Below are positions 26,545-44,929 of a stretch of DNA of 64,000 nt, piece by piece; the stretch's first letter is position 1; every line of letters begins with the position of its first letter. The DNA is from Octopus vulgaris (taxonomy: Eukaryota). The notes below the pieces were generated by a model. That model was not told the DNA's origin, ran no database searches, and worked only from the letters and a program-made list of their open reading frames with translations. Location of the stretch: assembly GCA_951406725.2 (NCBI GenBank), contig OX597821.1, positions 9,238,001 through 9,302,000 on the forward strand, given 5' to 3'. Position numbers and translations under genes: made by a program.

Positions 26545-28195
26545 CTTCTCTTCTTCTGAGTCCTTTTGCCCCTTGTGGAGCATAGGTCTTCGACAGTTAT
26601 TTCCTACTTGTTGCTGTCATTGGCGTGTTTCTTGGCTGCTTCCCATGTCAGGTCTGAGCTCGTCCAAAATGCTACGCTTCCATGTCTGCTTCGGGCATCC
26701 TCGCTTCGTTTCCCCTACCGGTTCCAGTCAAGTGCCACTCATGTCACATTTAAACATTCGAGGGTTCTTTCCGCATTGTGTGTCAGATCCATCTCGATTT
26801 CCTTCGTCTAATCTGAACATATATGGGCTCCTGGTTGGCCCTTTCCCACAGGTCGGTGTTTGGCACTCTGTTGAACCACTTCGGATGGATGATCTGCCGG
26901 AGACATTTGTTGATGTAGGTCTGGATCTTCTTGTAGTTGCTGCAGGTGGCTCTCTATTTTTCAGAGCCATACAAATGCACAGATTTTACGTTTGAACTAA
27001 ATAAGCGGAGTTTCGTTCGTGTTGAGATGGCAGTGACCTCCATACCGGCCGAAGAATAGCGAAGACTTACCAAGCCTTCTTGTTTCTTGCCGTGATGTCC
27101 TCGACTAATCTACCTGATTTGCTGATATGGCTGCCAAGATAGACAAACTCACTAACATCCTCCACAGGTGCTCCCTCGATTGTGATTGGCTCTTCTTGGT
27201 TGTTGTTGATACGCAGAACGTTTGTCTTTTCCCGGCTGATCCACAAGCCCACACGCCATGGAGTTTCTACCAGGTGGTCTACCTTATCTTGCATGTCTTG
27301 CAGGCGATATGACAGTGGCACGAGATAATCTGCGTAGTCCAAGTCCTTCAGCTTGTTCATCAGTGTCCACTGAAAACCTTTCCCGGAGGTAACCTAGTCC
27401 ATCCTAGTGACCCTGTCCGGCACGACGAGGGGGGACAACAAACAGTTCTGCCTGACTCCTTTGTTGACCCGGAATTCCTCCGACAATCTCCCAGCATGGA
27501 TGACCTGGCAGGTAAACTCCTCGTAGAGTAATCGAATAATGTCCACAATCTTCTCTGGCACACCATAGTGTCGTAAGATGTCCCAGATTGTTTGCCTGTC
27601 TACGCTGTCAAATGCCTTTTCAAAGTCGACGAAGCACATATAGAGTGACATTTGCCATTCCATTTTCTGTTCCACGATGACTCCGATCTTCGCAATTTGG
27701 TCCGTGCATGATCTCTCCTTTCCGAAACCTGCCTGCTCATCTCTGAATTGCTTGTCAATGGTATCTTTCGATAGCTCCAGGATGATTCTTGTAAGGACTT
27801 CGCTTTGAATGGAAAGCAAGGTAATCCCTCTCCACTTTTCACATTGTAATAAATCCCCACTCTTCGGAAGCTTCACTAAAAGACCCTTCTTCCAGTCGGT
27901 TGGGATGTTCTCTGTCGTCCATTTCAAGTTCTGCACATGGTGCATGTAATCGATCATCTCTTCTCCTGCCTTCAGTGCCTCTGCTGGTATGCTGTCCACA
28001 CCTGCCGCCTTTCCGTTCTTTAAGCTCTTCACGGCTTTACGGATATCTGGCTTAGTGACTTCTCCAGTGTGGATATTGAGAGGTATCCCCGGCCCCAATT
28101 CTGGCGGTTCTTGAGGTGGAGGACGGTTAAGTATTTGTTAGAGGTGTTCCTTCCATCTTGCAAGTTGGTCCTCAATGGACGTTAGCAACTGCCCT
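26545..28195 (-). mobile_element. 5'-truncated RTE LINE (RT and C-terminus)
   Basis: KAAGVDSIPAE, WRGITLLS, QAGF, FVDFEKAFDSV, GVRQNCLLSP, LDYADY, EFVYLGS; short (GAA)-type tail; a few frameshifts. Confidence 0.92.
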
Positions 28196-28566
28196 TATTA
28201 TAAAAATAATAAGTAAATTTATATACATATCGTAACTAACAATATAGAAATTAATATTTACGTATAAAATATAAGTGGAACAAAACAGTAAGTACGTAAA
28301 ATGATTAATTATGCATACACTCGAATGTTTACACTATCGTATATACATTTTAATTACCATAGGACTACACATACATCCCGATGTTTACACAACTACGTGG
28401 AATTTACAGAACACACATACACGCATATATGAAAGCACGTGTCACAGACGAAGGAAAAATAGAAAGACATTTAAAAAAAAATTTTAGTTTTCGAACAAGC
28501 ACAAAGTAAACAATTAATAAATTAAAAAAAAACAAAAGACTATGCCGGAGATAAATCTACCACAAA

Positions 28567-28646
<80 letters not shown>

Positions 28647-28879
28647 GAAAAATACAAACTGGGACAAGAACGTAAAACATTTAGAAGACGATACAAAAAA
28701 CACGGACGGGACATTCGAACCCTTCAATCTTCAGTCAAGAACCGGATCATCCTAGCAATTTCGGCTGATTAATCTTGAGATCGCTCCGATCCAGCCAGCC
28801 CCAAGGAAAAACTAAGCTACGAGCATTAGATTTCTTGGAAGAAGGATCGAATGTACACAAAACAGGGACAGAAAAACGG

Positions 28880-32759
<3,880 letters not shown>

Positions 32760-33165
32760 TAATAATAATGATAATAATAATGATGATTATGATGATGGTG
32801 ATGATAATAATAATACTAATAACAATAATAATAATGAAAATATAGTAGCCAGCAAGCTTAAGCAAATAGGTACAATATATACAAATAAAGAAATTTATCG
32901 AGAAGCCAGCTTGCTAGAAATAAGAGTAAAATATCCAAACCACAAATCTCTCACTGTAATTAAACAAGCATGTTTAAAGCAGCGAATATAAGAAAAATAG
33001 GCCATACCTATGCAAAAACTATAAATTGAAGAACAGATATCTTGATATCAATTGATTTCACCTTTTGCGTAGAAGTATTTACCATTGGCAGTCAAAGCAT
33101 ATATACATCAGACCAAGTACCTAACATATGTTCACTCCACCAAATGTGTAAGATATTCATACCTT

Positions 33166-33240
33166 GTGTCTGATGACGGAATACCCACCCAATGTATGGG
33201 TATTCTATCACTTTGAATATCCCAGAAACGGCTGTAAGAC
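33166..33240 (+). ncRNA. Degenerate hammerhead (same family as 25370)
   Basis: CUGAUGA..GAAUACCCA/UGGGUAUUC..GAAA-CGGCUG-UA^AGAC; stem I damaged. Confidence 0.5.
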
Positions 33241-33329
33241 TTCAAATTCACCTGACCTCTATTAAATTATTATAACGAAATAACTTGAAATATTCGCTCT
33301 GCCTTAGTTTGATTTTAGCTCTAATACAT

Positions 33330-33408
<79 letters not shown>

Positions 33409-33569
33409 GGGAGAGTCTACGAAAGAAAAAACAAAAGACGAACACAGGTGGTGTACAAAATAAACAAATAAACACAGATAAAGCAAGTAGAGAAACAAGG
33501 AGAGAAAAAATGTGCGTTGTGGTTAACGATCTATCAACATTCAAACTATTATCTAAATCGCCATTTTTT

Positions 33570-33696
33570 CACTGATAATAGCTACAGAAATCAACCATCC
33601 GAAAGCAGACGCGCTAAGACAATCTGAACGTATGCTGAAAGAATGTCTTAGCTCGTTTTGCCTTCGGGCGGTTGATTTCTGTAGTTATTATCAGTG
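33570..33696. repeat. 127-bp hairpin (about 56-bp imperfect stem): MITE or structured RNA
   Basis: CACTGATAATAGCTACAGAAATCAACC...GGTTGATTTCTGTAGTTATTATCAGTG. Confidence 0.8.
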
Positions 33697-34275
33697 TATT
33701 TGGTCAATACGAGTTTCCACCGTTATATCCAGTAGGCATATTTAGCATGCCCTTCGATTAATTTTAATCTTTCAGCTATTTAAATCTTTTTGGGTTGCTT
33801 GCAATCGCCTATATTATTGCTTCTGTTATCATCATTTCGAAATTGTTACACTGGATGATAACAGAGTCAATGATACCTTCGCAAATTTTCGTGAATTGTT
33901 TTTTCTCGTGAATATTTTGCTCCGCATTGCAAAACACATATATATATATTTATATGCATATATGTATGTGAGTATGTATGTGTGTACGTATATATGTATG
34001 TATGTATGCATGTATGTATGAAAGCATGTATGTATAAAGTGTTAGCAGGGGTCTAAAGATTTTGACCATCGAGAAAAGATGAGGTCGCCAGACATTTGTA
34101 AAAATGATTGTATATATTTACTCATTATTGTTATCACTGTCGTTCGTTTTTCGAACATGCCAAATAAAATATCTTGTAAAACGCACAAACAGGTTGTTTA
34201 ATTATATAAAGCAGATGGTTTTGTTGTGTTCAGAAGAGCACATACATTTTTCCTTTTGTTTTGTGAGGTTACAGG

Positions 34276-34368
<93 letters not shown>

Positions 34369-34514
34369 GTGACTAGCATCTTACTTCAACATGAGTAACA
34401 ACAAAAGAAGTGCATGTTTGTAAGATAAACCTCCTCGCTTATTTTAGGATTCTAAATTCGGTGATCAACATTCTAGACTTTAGAATATGTCTTCCTACAC
34501 TCGCGCACACACGC

Positions 34515-34603
<89 letters not shown>

Positions 34604-36110
34604 TGTGTGTTTGTGTGTGTGTGCCTATTATGATTGCGCATATGTATGAACTTTGACCCGACAAGAAAATAATGTCAAAAACGTATACATCATGGGAGAA
34701 GATTTACTCCTGTTCACATTCAGAGGTTGGCCACGAATCAACAAATTTACTGTTAGTGGTTCAGTGACCTAAACGTTCAGGCATTCGCTATAGCAATATT
34801 ATGGATTATAACCATTTGGTATTGAAATATGCTCTTGTCAATGAAACGATACAATAAATAAATACATATAAACTAGAAATATTGCCGTGATTTTCAACTT
34901 CTACGACATATAATGTGACCAGTTTAGGGTAAGTGTTCGATGCAAAAAAAGTAATAGATATTTTCACCTGATAGATTACAACTAAAAACCAATGAATGCG
35001 ACAATGTGTATAACGGTAATTTATTGTGGTTTTTAGATGAAAAGAGGGTGCCAAAACCTAAATCAGTTACCTTTCTGTATTTGGGGCGAATATTCTTTTG
35101 CTGTCTGCATAATTTTGGGGATTAGATTCTTCACTTGAACAAAATATCTGCAGAAAATAAAGATAATATATACATAGGCAGCAAAATATTAATACAAACG
35201 TTGTATGGATTGTAATTATTTTAATGCCGCAACCAAAGATATTCATCTACATATAACCCACTAATATTCGTGATATACCTGTGGATTTGCATATATTCTC
35301 TTTATGAGAATGACGATGATCATATATCGCTAAAATAAATCATTAATAATGATTTTTGATCCTTGCTAGTTCGGATTAATTGCATATATGTCTTATTTAT
35401 CAGTGTGGTAACTAACAGAAATTTCGAAACTGTTGCGGTGGTAGTATCGAATCCGATATTTTAATTAATGTACGTGTTAATATTTAAATTACAAAAGTAA
35501 AACTACTTTGGATATGCAAATTAGTTTGGAATAGCAATTTTCATAGAAATAAATGACAACATTTAATCAACCATATGTACATATATAGAAAATCTTTAGA
35601 ATAATCTAAACAGGTAAAAATCTACCGATAGTAGGGGGTGAATATTCAATTACTAAGGAACGTATTTTTTATCGACTACATAAGGAGATGATTGGTTAAT
35701 ATTTTGCTTAAGGGCTATAATATCGGTCATGAGAACCACGTTATTCAGAGTACAAGCAATACTGGGATATCAGCTGAATAAAATAATTGAATTATTGTTT
35801 AGTAATATTGATATTATAGTCTTACACTAACAAAATAGTACACGGTAACGTAGTATACATATAGGCACACTATACCCAATGCGTCTACGTTTCACACCAA
35901 ATTTTATTGAAAATTCCTTTGTACCCTTCCTAATTTAGTACAACTAAACGTGTATCACAGTTCCCATTCTTACCGAGAGGAAGAGCATTAATTAGATTCT
36001 AAAAGAACACCCTTGGGCACTTATGCATGTCACTATTATATAAATAAAACTGATAACTTACGCGAGCAAACACAGAGTAAAACGTTTTTAGATGCTTCAT
36101 TTTCAGTGCA

Positions 36111-37194
36111 GGTAGGTTTTCATCAACGATAATATTTTCTGAGTTCCATAACAAGAAAGCCTAGCAATGTTAACACAATATCAATATAAATTCAACATTA
36201 TGGATAAAGTCTATCTTCAGAGATACTTGAAGAGAAATTAACGACCCAACGTATATTGAGCTGAGAAAGGCCATGACGTAAACGATTATCCTTCAGATTA
36301 ACAAAATTCTGAATTATACGAACGTTAAGCATTCCTCACATATATCAAAGGTACTGAACATATACCAAATGAAAAAAAATATCACTGACTAGTTTGACGT
36401 AACGTTAATTTGTTGGTACAATACATTATTAAGCTGCATGAAATGCAATCAAATATTGCGGAGCTCAGTTATTATGCCACAAGATAAATGAAGTAGTCCT
36501 GTAACCCTTGAACATATTATGGTGAATTGCTCATCCAGCGTATATAATAATAGTAGCGATGACGTGGATGATGATGATGATGATGATGAAGATGATGGTT
36601 ATGATGAAGTTGATAATGATGATGACTAATAATAATAATTATTATAATGATAATAATACTTTCTACTATAACTACAAGGCCTGAAACGTTTTTAGATAGC
36701 TTCATTTACCGACCCAAGTGTTCCTTGGTAGGTTTTCATCGATCAATACCGGATGCTGAGTTCCATAAAAGATGGAAGCCTAGCAATGTTAACACAATAT
36801 CAATATAAATTCAACATTATGGATAAAGTCTATCTTCCAGAGATACTTGAAGAGAAATTAAAGACTCAACGTATGTTGAGCTGAGAAAGACCATGACGTA
36901 AACGATTATCCTTCAGATGAACAAAATTCGGAATTATACGAACGTTAAGCATTCCTCCCAACTATCAAAGGTACTGAAGATATACCAACTGAAAAAAAAT
37001 ATCACTGACTAGTTTGACGTAACGTTAATTTGTTGGTACAATACATTATTAAGCTGCATGAAATGCAATCAAATATTGCGGAGCTCAGTTATTATGCCAC
37101 AAGATAAATGAAGTAGTCCTGTAACCATTGAACATATTATGGCGAATTGCTCATCCAGCGTATATAATAATAGTAGCGATGATGATGATGATGC

Positions 37195-37225
<31 letters not shown>

Positions 37226-37370
37226 GATGATGGTTATGATGAAGTTGATAATGATGATGACTAATAATAATAATTATTATAATGATAATAATCCTTTCTA
37301 CTATAACTACAAGGCCTGAAACATTTTGCGGGGGAATAGTCGATCATACCGACCCAAGTGTTCCTTGGTA
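36111..37370 (+). repeat. Tandem duplication, period about 616 bp, containing an M13-like exon relic
   Basis: 36111-36730 closely matches 36727-37370; copy 2 reads YKFNIMDKVYLPEILEE. Confidence 0.85.
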
Positions 37371-37453
37371 ATTAATTCATCGACCCAAAACGGATGCGAG
37401 GCAAAGTTTGGAAAGATGGACGATTTTGCTAGTTCCCCGGCTTAATAATAATG

Positions 37454-37531
<78 letters not shown>

Positions 37532-37611
37532 TAATAATAAAATAATAATAATAATAATAATAATAAAATAATAATAATAATAATAATAATAACAACAACA
37601 ACAAAAACAAT

Positions 37612-37711
<100 letters not shown>

Positions 37712-38329
37712 TTAATAATAATAATAGGACGGCCTCTAAGAAGCTCTTACCACAAAACAAATTCGATCCAATAACATCGAAGCAATGGCAGAAAAAAAAA
37801 ACGCGAAAAAATTTGAAAAATCCTGTTAAAGTAAAGGAACAAAAAATCAGAAGGGATTTTGTAATATACAGGGGAGATTCTTTCTTAAGTTTGACTTACG
37901 CAAGAGGTCCAGGAAACCTGAAAAGAACACACTAATTGCACAGTAAATATGTAAATTGAATAATCATCTTAACATGCAACTGTCCATGCATTCATGTTCA
38001 CATGCTAATATTTACAAGTGACATAAATAATAGTAACACGACACACACGTACACACAGAAAGAAAGAAGAACACGTGTCAAGAGTAACGCGACTGTATAC
38101 TAAGCAAAATCTTCTGCGTGGCAAATATGTAGCAAACAATCTGATGTAGACCAGAAGCGCGCTCATCATTGGCTAGGGAGTTCAGAGATAAAGGTAGAGA
38201 GTGAAAGCTTCATCATAGCAGTTCAAAATCAAAGCTTATTAACTCGGAACTGCCAAGTCAGGTTGATGAAAAATAGACAAGACACAGAGTGCCGATACCG
38301 CACCGAAATATTGAATCAGTTTACCACTT

Positions 38330-39060
38330 TGGGTGTAAGGTTTTAGCAGTTGTAGAGTAAAAATGCAGATATGGCAGGGGCGGCCAATGTCTACACTGTT
38401 TAATATATCATTATGAAATGAAAACTACTGACAAATTTTATAAGCACCACTCCCAGGCGGTAACTGATGGAATAAACGTAACGAGATTTTGGGACCTTAT
38501 ATACAGATCGAACCATCAAATCTAAGAAACCGGATATTGTCATGAAAGACCAAAATGATGAATTCTAATAGTGGTTGATATGAGCATTCTTTGTGATCAT
38601 AACGACTCGGGAAAATAATTTAACAGGTTTAGGAAATAAAAAGATTTCTCATTGAAATCGAAGAATATGGCATCTCAAGTCAGTTCCAGTACCAATGATT
38701 GTGGAACTTGGAGTTATCAAAACAGAAAGTGAAAATTTATTTGGAATGCTCCCTGGTTTACCATCCATGCAAGAAGTGCAAAAGATAGTTCTAGCTGGTA
38801 TGCCACACGTATTGGCAAGAACATTGAGGCTTTGAATTCTCTTTCCTTCTTTCCTTTTCCTTTGTTTACTAATTTCATTTTTCCTCTTTTTTAATTTCTT
38901 TATTTTCATTTATTCGTTTTTCTTTTCCTTATTTTATCTTTTTTTTCCCTTATATTCTATCACATAACTTCACTTTGCAAATGAACAAACTGATGAGTTT
39001 ACAGCGAGTTTCTCTGCTCTAGGTGTCGGGAAGACATTCAGCAATAAATGGAAGTAAAAT
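38330..39060 (+). mobile_element. Old Dong/R4 3' fragment followed by (TAA)(TAG)(GAA) repeats
   Basis: WDLIYRS..KKPDIVMKD..VDMSI and QEVQKIVLAG REL-type C-terminus; similar to 63710-64000. Confidence 0.7.
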
Positions 39061-39061
39061 T

Positions 39062-39104
<43 letters not shown>

Positions 39105-39119
39105 GTAGTAGTAGCAGTT

Positions 39120-39174
<55 letters not shown>

Positions 39175-39185
39175 AAGAAGAAGAA

Positions 39186-39216
<31 letters not shown>

Positions 39217-40664
39217 TAAATTGTTTATTCATTGCATTAATCGATAAGGTTAAAATAATGACGGTCATCGAACTGAGACTTATTTATTATAAGTATGCTA
39301 CTATTTCCTTTAATTTTGCCACGTGTATTCATTTTAATTCATTAAAATGAATGTACGTGGTTCTTTTATCGATATAATTGTATACGTATATAATATATTC
39401 CTGGATATCATTTCAGACATTCGATAGAAAATATTAAGCGCAACGTTTATATTTTAGGTTACAGTTATTTAAAATTACTGCTACATAATTGTATTGTTTA
39501 ATAAAAAATGAGATGTAAATTTTGTTTTATTTGAGACAGGAAATAGATCAGAAATTAACTTTATACTAGCGGCTATAGAATCTTTAAGGCAACTAATTTA
39601 TGCATTCAGTTATGGAAAGTGAATAAATCCGTGTCAGAAGGGCAGCCGAAATTGCACAATATTTAGATGTATCCTTGGAAGCAATTGAGTAATTTACTTG
39701 CTTTTCTTTTCTTAATTGTCAGTAGATGATGCAATGCAATAATTAGAATTACAATCCATATCCAGTATGAATTATAAATGGCCTTTCTGTATATAATTCA
39801 GTTAATCATGTCTCACTTATAATCTCTATTAGGACAATTTGAAAATGCTTTAGTATAACTTAATTTCGAGAGCAATAATTTCATGAAAAAACACCGGAAA
39901 AAATCAATAAAATATAAAACTGTTGTTTGTTGAATTTCTATCTTAGAAGTTGAAGAAACGTCACTTCCTTCTCACACACTGATTTTCCTGCGATTAAAAT
40001 TACCGAAGATTTGTAGGAACATTGTAACACAACAGGAAATAATCGGTCAAACGTTTATAGACATTAGTTTATAAAACAAATAAAATTATTACGTGATAAA
40101 AATATCGGATATTCTATAAATTTGATATCATGAAAACTTCCTACCTTAGAAGCTACCTTAAACCCAAATTCATCAGCAATTATGTCATTAACCTGCAAGT
40201 AGAAAAAGTTTCAACAGTATTGGATTCTTGTATTGATGGTTATCCATAGTGAACCTGTTGTAATCATTTCAACTATCGAGGCACGCATCATTTTTCAACC
40301 AGTATTTGTAAACGATTTTGACCTATATTTGAATACACTACAGAAGCCAATGCTTAGGTGAGTTTATTTCATATTTTGAGATATGGAATAATTACCAAGA
40401 TTTTATCCCTCAAATATATTGAACTGGTGTACATCACAACAGTGCCATACATACAGAGATCTATGTTGGTTGAAACAGCAGAACAATTAGACAAGATTCA
40501 ATAAGCTCAGGTATGACGTCAGACACAATACCAGAGGTTCGACAGAACTTACTGAACATGTCACATCAAACTGCTGCAATTTTGATAAATACCTGAAAAT
40601 GAACATTCTCAGGAGATATTCTGAACGTACAAGGATTTCACGAGTTCAAATATATTTGTGAATT

Positions 40665-41038
40665 GGAGGCGCAACGGCCCAGTGGTTAGGGCAGAGGACT
40701 GGCGGTCATAGGATCGCGGTTTCGATTCCCAAACCGGGCGTTGTGAGTGTTTATTGAGCGAAAACACCTAAAGCTCCACGAGGCTCCGGCAGGGGATGGT
40801 GGTGATCCCTGCTGTACTCTTTCAAACCTTCTCTCACTCTTACTTCCTGTTTCTGTTGTACCTGTATTTCAAAGGGCCGGCCTTGTCACTCTCTGTGTCA
40901 CGCTGAATATCCCCGAGAACTACGTTAAGGGTGCACGTGTCTGTGGAGTGCTCAGCCATTTACACGTTAATTTCACGAGCAGGCTGTTCCGTTGATTCGG
41001 ATCAACCGGAGCCCTCGTCGTCGTAACCGACGGAGTGC
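40665..41038 (+). mobile_element. Chimeric tRNA-derived SINE
   Basis: Head of the 63084 family joined to the tail of the 3447 family at GTACCTGTATTTCAAAGG. Confidence 0.85.
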
Positions 41039-41055
41039 TTTCCCCCCCATTTGTG

Positions 41056-42030
41056 AATTACTAACATTACGCCTTGGAGGAATGAGTAACAGGACAGGTG
41101 TTTCTGTTATGTATTTGTCTGAATGTTGTTTTCTTTTGTCATAACTAATGCGCCTACTATGATAGGAATTGTTTCTGTTTTTAGGTTCCACATTCGAGTT
41201 ATCTCTATTTCCAGATCTTTGTATTTTGAAAGTTTCTTCGTTTCTTTCAGGGAAACATTGTCATCTGTTGGTATTAATACATGAATAAGAAAACATATTT
41301 TTCTAGATGATTTCTAACAACTTCATCCGGCCTATTGGCCTTAATTTCTCTATTTGTGTGTATTGGCATATTCCTGAGTATTGTTGCTTTCTCATTTTTG
41401 TGACCTTTACTGACATGCCTACACCATCTTGTTTCTGTAGTTATTCCATAGTGTTGTCATAGCTTCCCAACCCTCTTGTGTCTGTGAATATATTCCCTCT
41501 TAGGAACCAGAGACAATATGATTGATTCTTCTTCTCAATCACCACATATTCTGCAGTTACTTGAGTGTCTTTCCATTAAGTTATTTTGGTGATTTGTGGT
41601 TGGAAGGCTTTGATCTTGTGCTGCATTTAAAAATCATTCAGTCCCTCCTTTGAGTCCTGGGTTTCGCAGTCATTGTCGGGTTTTCGCTATGTCTATTTCT
41701 TTTCTGTTTAGCTTAACCTAATATTTGCCATGAAGCGACCGTTCTTGCCCTAGTTTAATCATTATCCGTGGTTGCACCAGTTTTAGTTTGGATTTCATTT
41801 GTTTTACAGCTTTCGTTATTTCTTCTAATTCTTCATAGTTGTTAGGTACTATGGCTTCTTTTTATATTTGTTAGCTTCCTTAAAGATTGAAAACAGGTTT
41901 TTAAAAAATTTTGTTCGTGTTTTGTGGTTATTTGTATTGCTTTTCCTTGCTTCTGAAGTAGGTAATTCTGTAGTCCTATGGTGGTTATTTTGTAATAATT
42001 TTCTAGCTGTATAATTTATTGTAAAAAGCC
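41056..42030 (-). mobile_element. Dong/R4 3' fragment
   Basis: Minus strand NAAQDQSLPT, NCRICG, NMPIHTNREIKANRPD, homologous to 31850-32500. Confidence 0.8.
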
Positions 42031-42059
42031 GCAAGCATTATGCACCAACCTAATAGCAA

Positions 42060-42960
42060 CGGTGTGAAGTTTTGTCTCTTAAAACCTCTTCAAACGTCGA
42101 AATATCCTCATTCTTTATCCCCTACAATTACAATAGCATCATTTTAATAGCGATGGAATTATTATTAGCTATGCGATGAACGTTTCAGCATAATTATCCA
42201 AATTGGATCATCATTTGCAATAAACATGGGGTTTTCTGACTCCTCATTAACACATTTGTTTAAAAAATATTCCTTAACATTGTGACAGCGGGCAAACTGA
42301 AATAACCCTTGAGCTAGTATATCTTTATCCATATCCTTAGCTCTTGGGCAGAAAATCAGTCCAAGCTCCAATACAGAGATAATGTTCGGTGAGTGTTTTA
42401 GCTTAGATAAATTCATAACCGTCTTATACTCCAAGAGTCATGAATTTTCTTGAGCAAGTGTTTTTTCAAGTCTTACATTTATTTGTGTTTTGTTTGTATT
42501 CTACACTTTACATGTTTTACATGGAATATTTCGGGTGATAAGAATTGTTTTGTAATTTTATGTGAGATGTCATAAGTTTTACTCGTCCTTCTAGGGGTAA
42601 TCCATATTACGTAGGTAATAAAATGTGAGTGACTTCTTTGCTTTTTAAAAAACTTTAATTTCGAGATACAGATCTGTTATTCTCAAGGCAACATTTTTAA
42701 TGGGTTCACAGTTTTTACTGATCCAGTAAGTTCTCTGGAGAGTTCCCAAAGACTTGGTCAAATGCGTACGCTAGTGTAAAAATATCAAAATCGTATGGAC
42801 CTGACTGGAGATTAGTAGTTTGACTTTCTTGAATTGTAGGAGTTATGTCTGTTGTATGTGCGGATAGTTTTTGTGATACTGGTAAACTTAAGCTGTCATA
42901 AGAAAAGGCAACTTTAAAAAAATGGTCGATAAAATAAAATGTTTGTTTTTGGTGTGAGGG
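42060..42960 (-). mobile_element. Penelope-like element N-terminal fragment
   Basis: TVMNLS.....NIISVLELGLIFCP matches the PLE motif VxNLS..L..GLxFxP; IKDEDI (cf. K.ADKG). Confidence 0.65.
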
Positions 42961-43906
42961 ACAAATAATCAACGGTGTGGACTGGAAATCAGAAATTCTA
43001 TATGAAACAAAATGGTTGGCTGTATTGAAATTTCAGGAAAATTTTCTGCTCAGGACCAACAATTCTCCCGAAAGAAAAATAACTTCTCATATTTCATATA
43101 GAATGTTCTCAACGAAAATGTTTCTTTCGGTAATCAAATTTTCAGATCCTTTTCCTCATAGATCATCAGGAATTTAAGCAAATAATTGAAACGATTTTCA
43201 GAAGAAAACGCCTGTTCAGCATTATTCAATTGCTTCTTAATTACGTGAAATGAATTGCTTTCCCAAACTCAATCATTTTAAAAATAGTATTGAATCAATC
43301 GATTTTCAGAATTGATGGAAAACCTCCAGCCAGAATATGTTGTATGTGTGTGTATGTATTTATAATGAAAAATGTATCTTGATTTTAGCGCGAAAATGAT
43401 TTAGTTGTTTAACCGATGCAAATGTTTATTTATCATTTTTTATACATATTTGAATGTTATAACGTCCACTGGCATAGAGTTAGACCCGTCAGTACTAAGA
43501 ATCTAACTATGAAAAGGAATAAACCGCAGAAGCTGTAATTTATAACACGCGACTGTTTCGATGATTTCCAGAATTTCGAACCGTTTTAATCCTTATTCGG
43601 TACAACATAAAATCAGTGATCTCAGTCTAATGAATTTTGATAATTTATAAAGATTGGTGTAACTCAGCACGATTGTAATAGATTGCTTATTTAATAGTTT
43701 CAACTGTATTTCAACATATAGTCAGTCTTCTTCAAGTTCAAAATGTAAAGTGAAACGGGCGCAGAAATTCAAAATATATACGAGATAATCCTGCTTTCCT
43801 ATTTTGAATAACAACTCAAAGGGGGGAAATTAAAGAAATAGAAAACGAACAAAATAAAGAACAGAAAAAAATATTTAGGCGAACAGTTTTTTGTAAATGT
43901 AATGAA

Positions 43907-43992
<86 letters not shown>

Positions 43993-44000
43993 TTATGATG

Positions 44001-44069
<69 letters not shown>

Positions 44070-44073
<4 letters not shown>

Positions 44074-44226
44074 AGAAAATTGCACTACTAGGCACTGCAC
44101 ACATCCTACGCAGAACACTTTCCATACAATAACCATCAGAGCATCACGACAAATCACAGCACATACCCAAGGCACACAGAGCTGCGCTCGGTAGTGAAGT
44201 GAAAGCACGCTATAAAAATAAAATAA

Positions 44227-44230
<4 letters not shown>
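44070..44230 (+). mobile_element. 160-bp 5'-truncated Dong insertion inside a (TAA)n array
   Basis: Nearly identical to 32477-32640; long (TAA)n runs on both sides. Confidence 0.9.
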
Positions 44231-44293
<63 letters not shown>

Positions 44294-44929
44294 TAATAAT
44301 AAATATAACAATGCATTTTCTGTGTTAATGATAATAAATAAACACTTGGAAGGACTTACACTTGTTGTTTGTGATTGATTTTGACGTTGAGTGAATTTAT
44401 TAATGAAATCATTCTTCAACTTTTGGTATCTTCTGTAGGATTGTTCACTCAGCCACAAATCCATAGAGAAGTTGTTGCCTAGAATGAGGAGTGATAACAT
44501 TATAAAATATGTGAATTACTGATTCTTCTGTTAACTGGCGAATTTATTGCTTTTGATATTTTACTTCTATCTAGCAGAACAAGTCATAAGATAAAGATTT
44601 TGTTCTGTCAGAGACTACTGCATGAATTTTAACAACTTCTATATACACAGTATTTCATTATGCAACCATGATATACTCCGAAGTATATTAATAGTTTTTA
44701 TAAGGCAATACTGTGTTCCAATGTGCTACCAGTGCTATTATATAACTCGTTAATCTTATCTCTACATATTTTCTGTAGAAATTATAGCAAGCACAGATTT
44801 TGTTGCACAGTTTGGTATCCGAAACACTTCATGTAGACAACAATTATGCAGGAGTTTTTTCTCGTTCATCAGCAACCATCCAACTCATTAATTATCCACG
44901 ATATTATTGGATAAATATCCACTAGATGT

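Noticed and set aside
28650-28870. CUGAAGA-containing repeat (also near 59130 and 62860) as a hammerhead
   Set aside because: GAAA is replaced by GAAU or GAGU and stem I is absent; treated as an unclassified repeat.
43105-43175. Minus-strand CUGAUGA...GAAA hammerhead candidate
   Set aside because: No convincing stems; better explained as a + strand M13 pseudo-exon.
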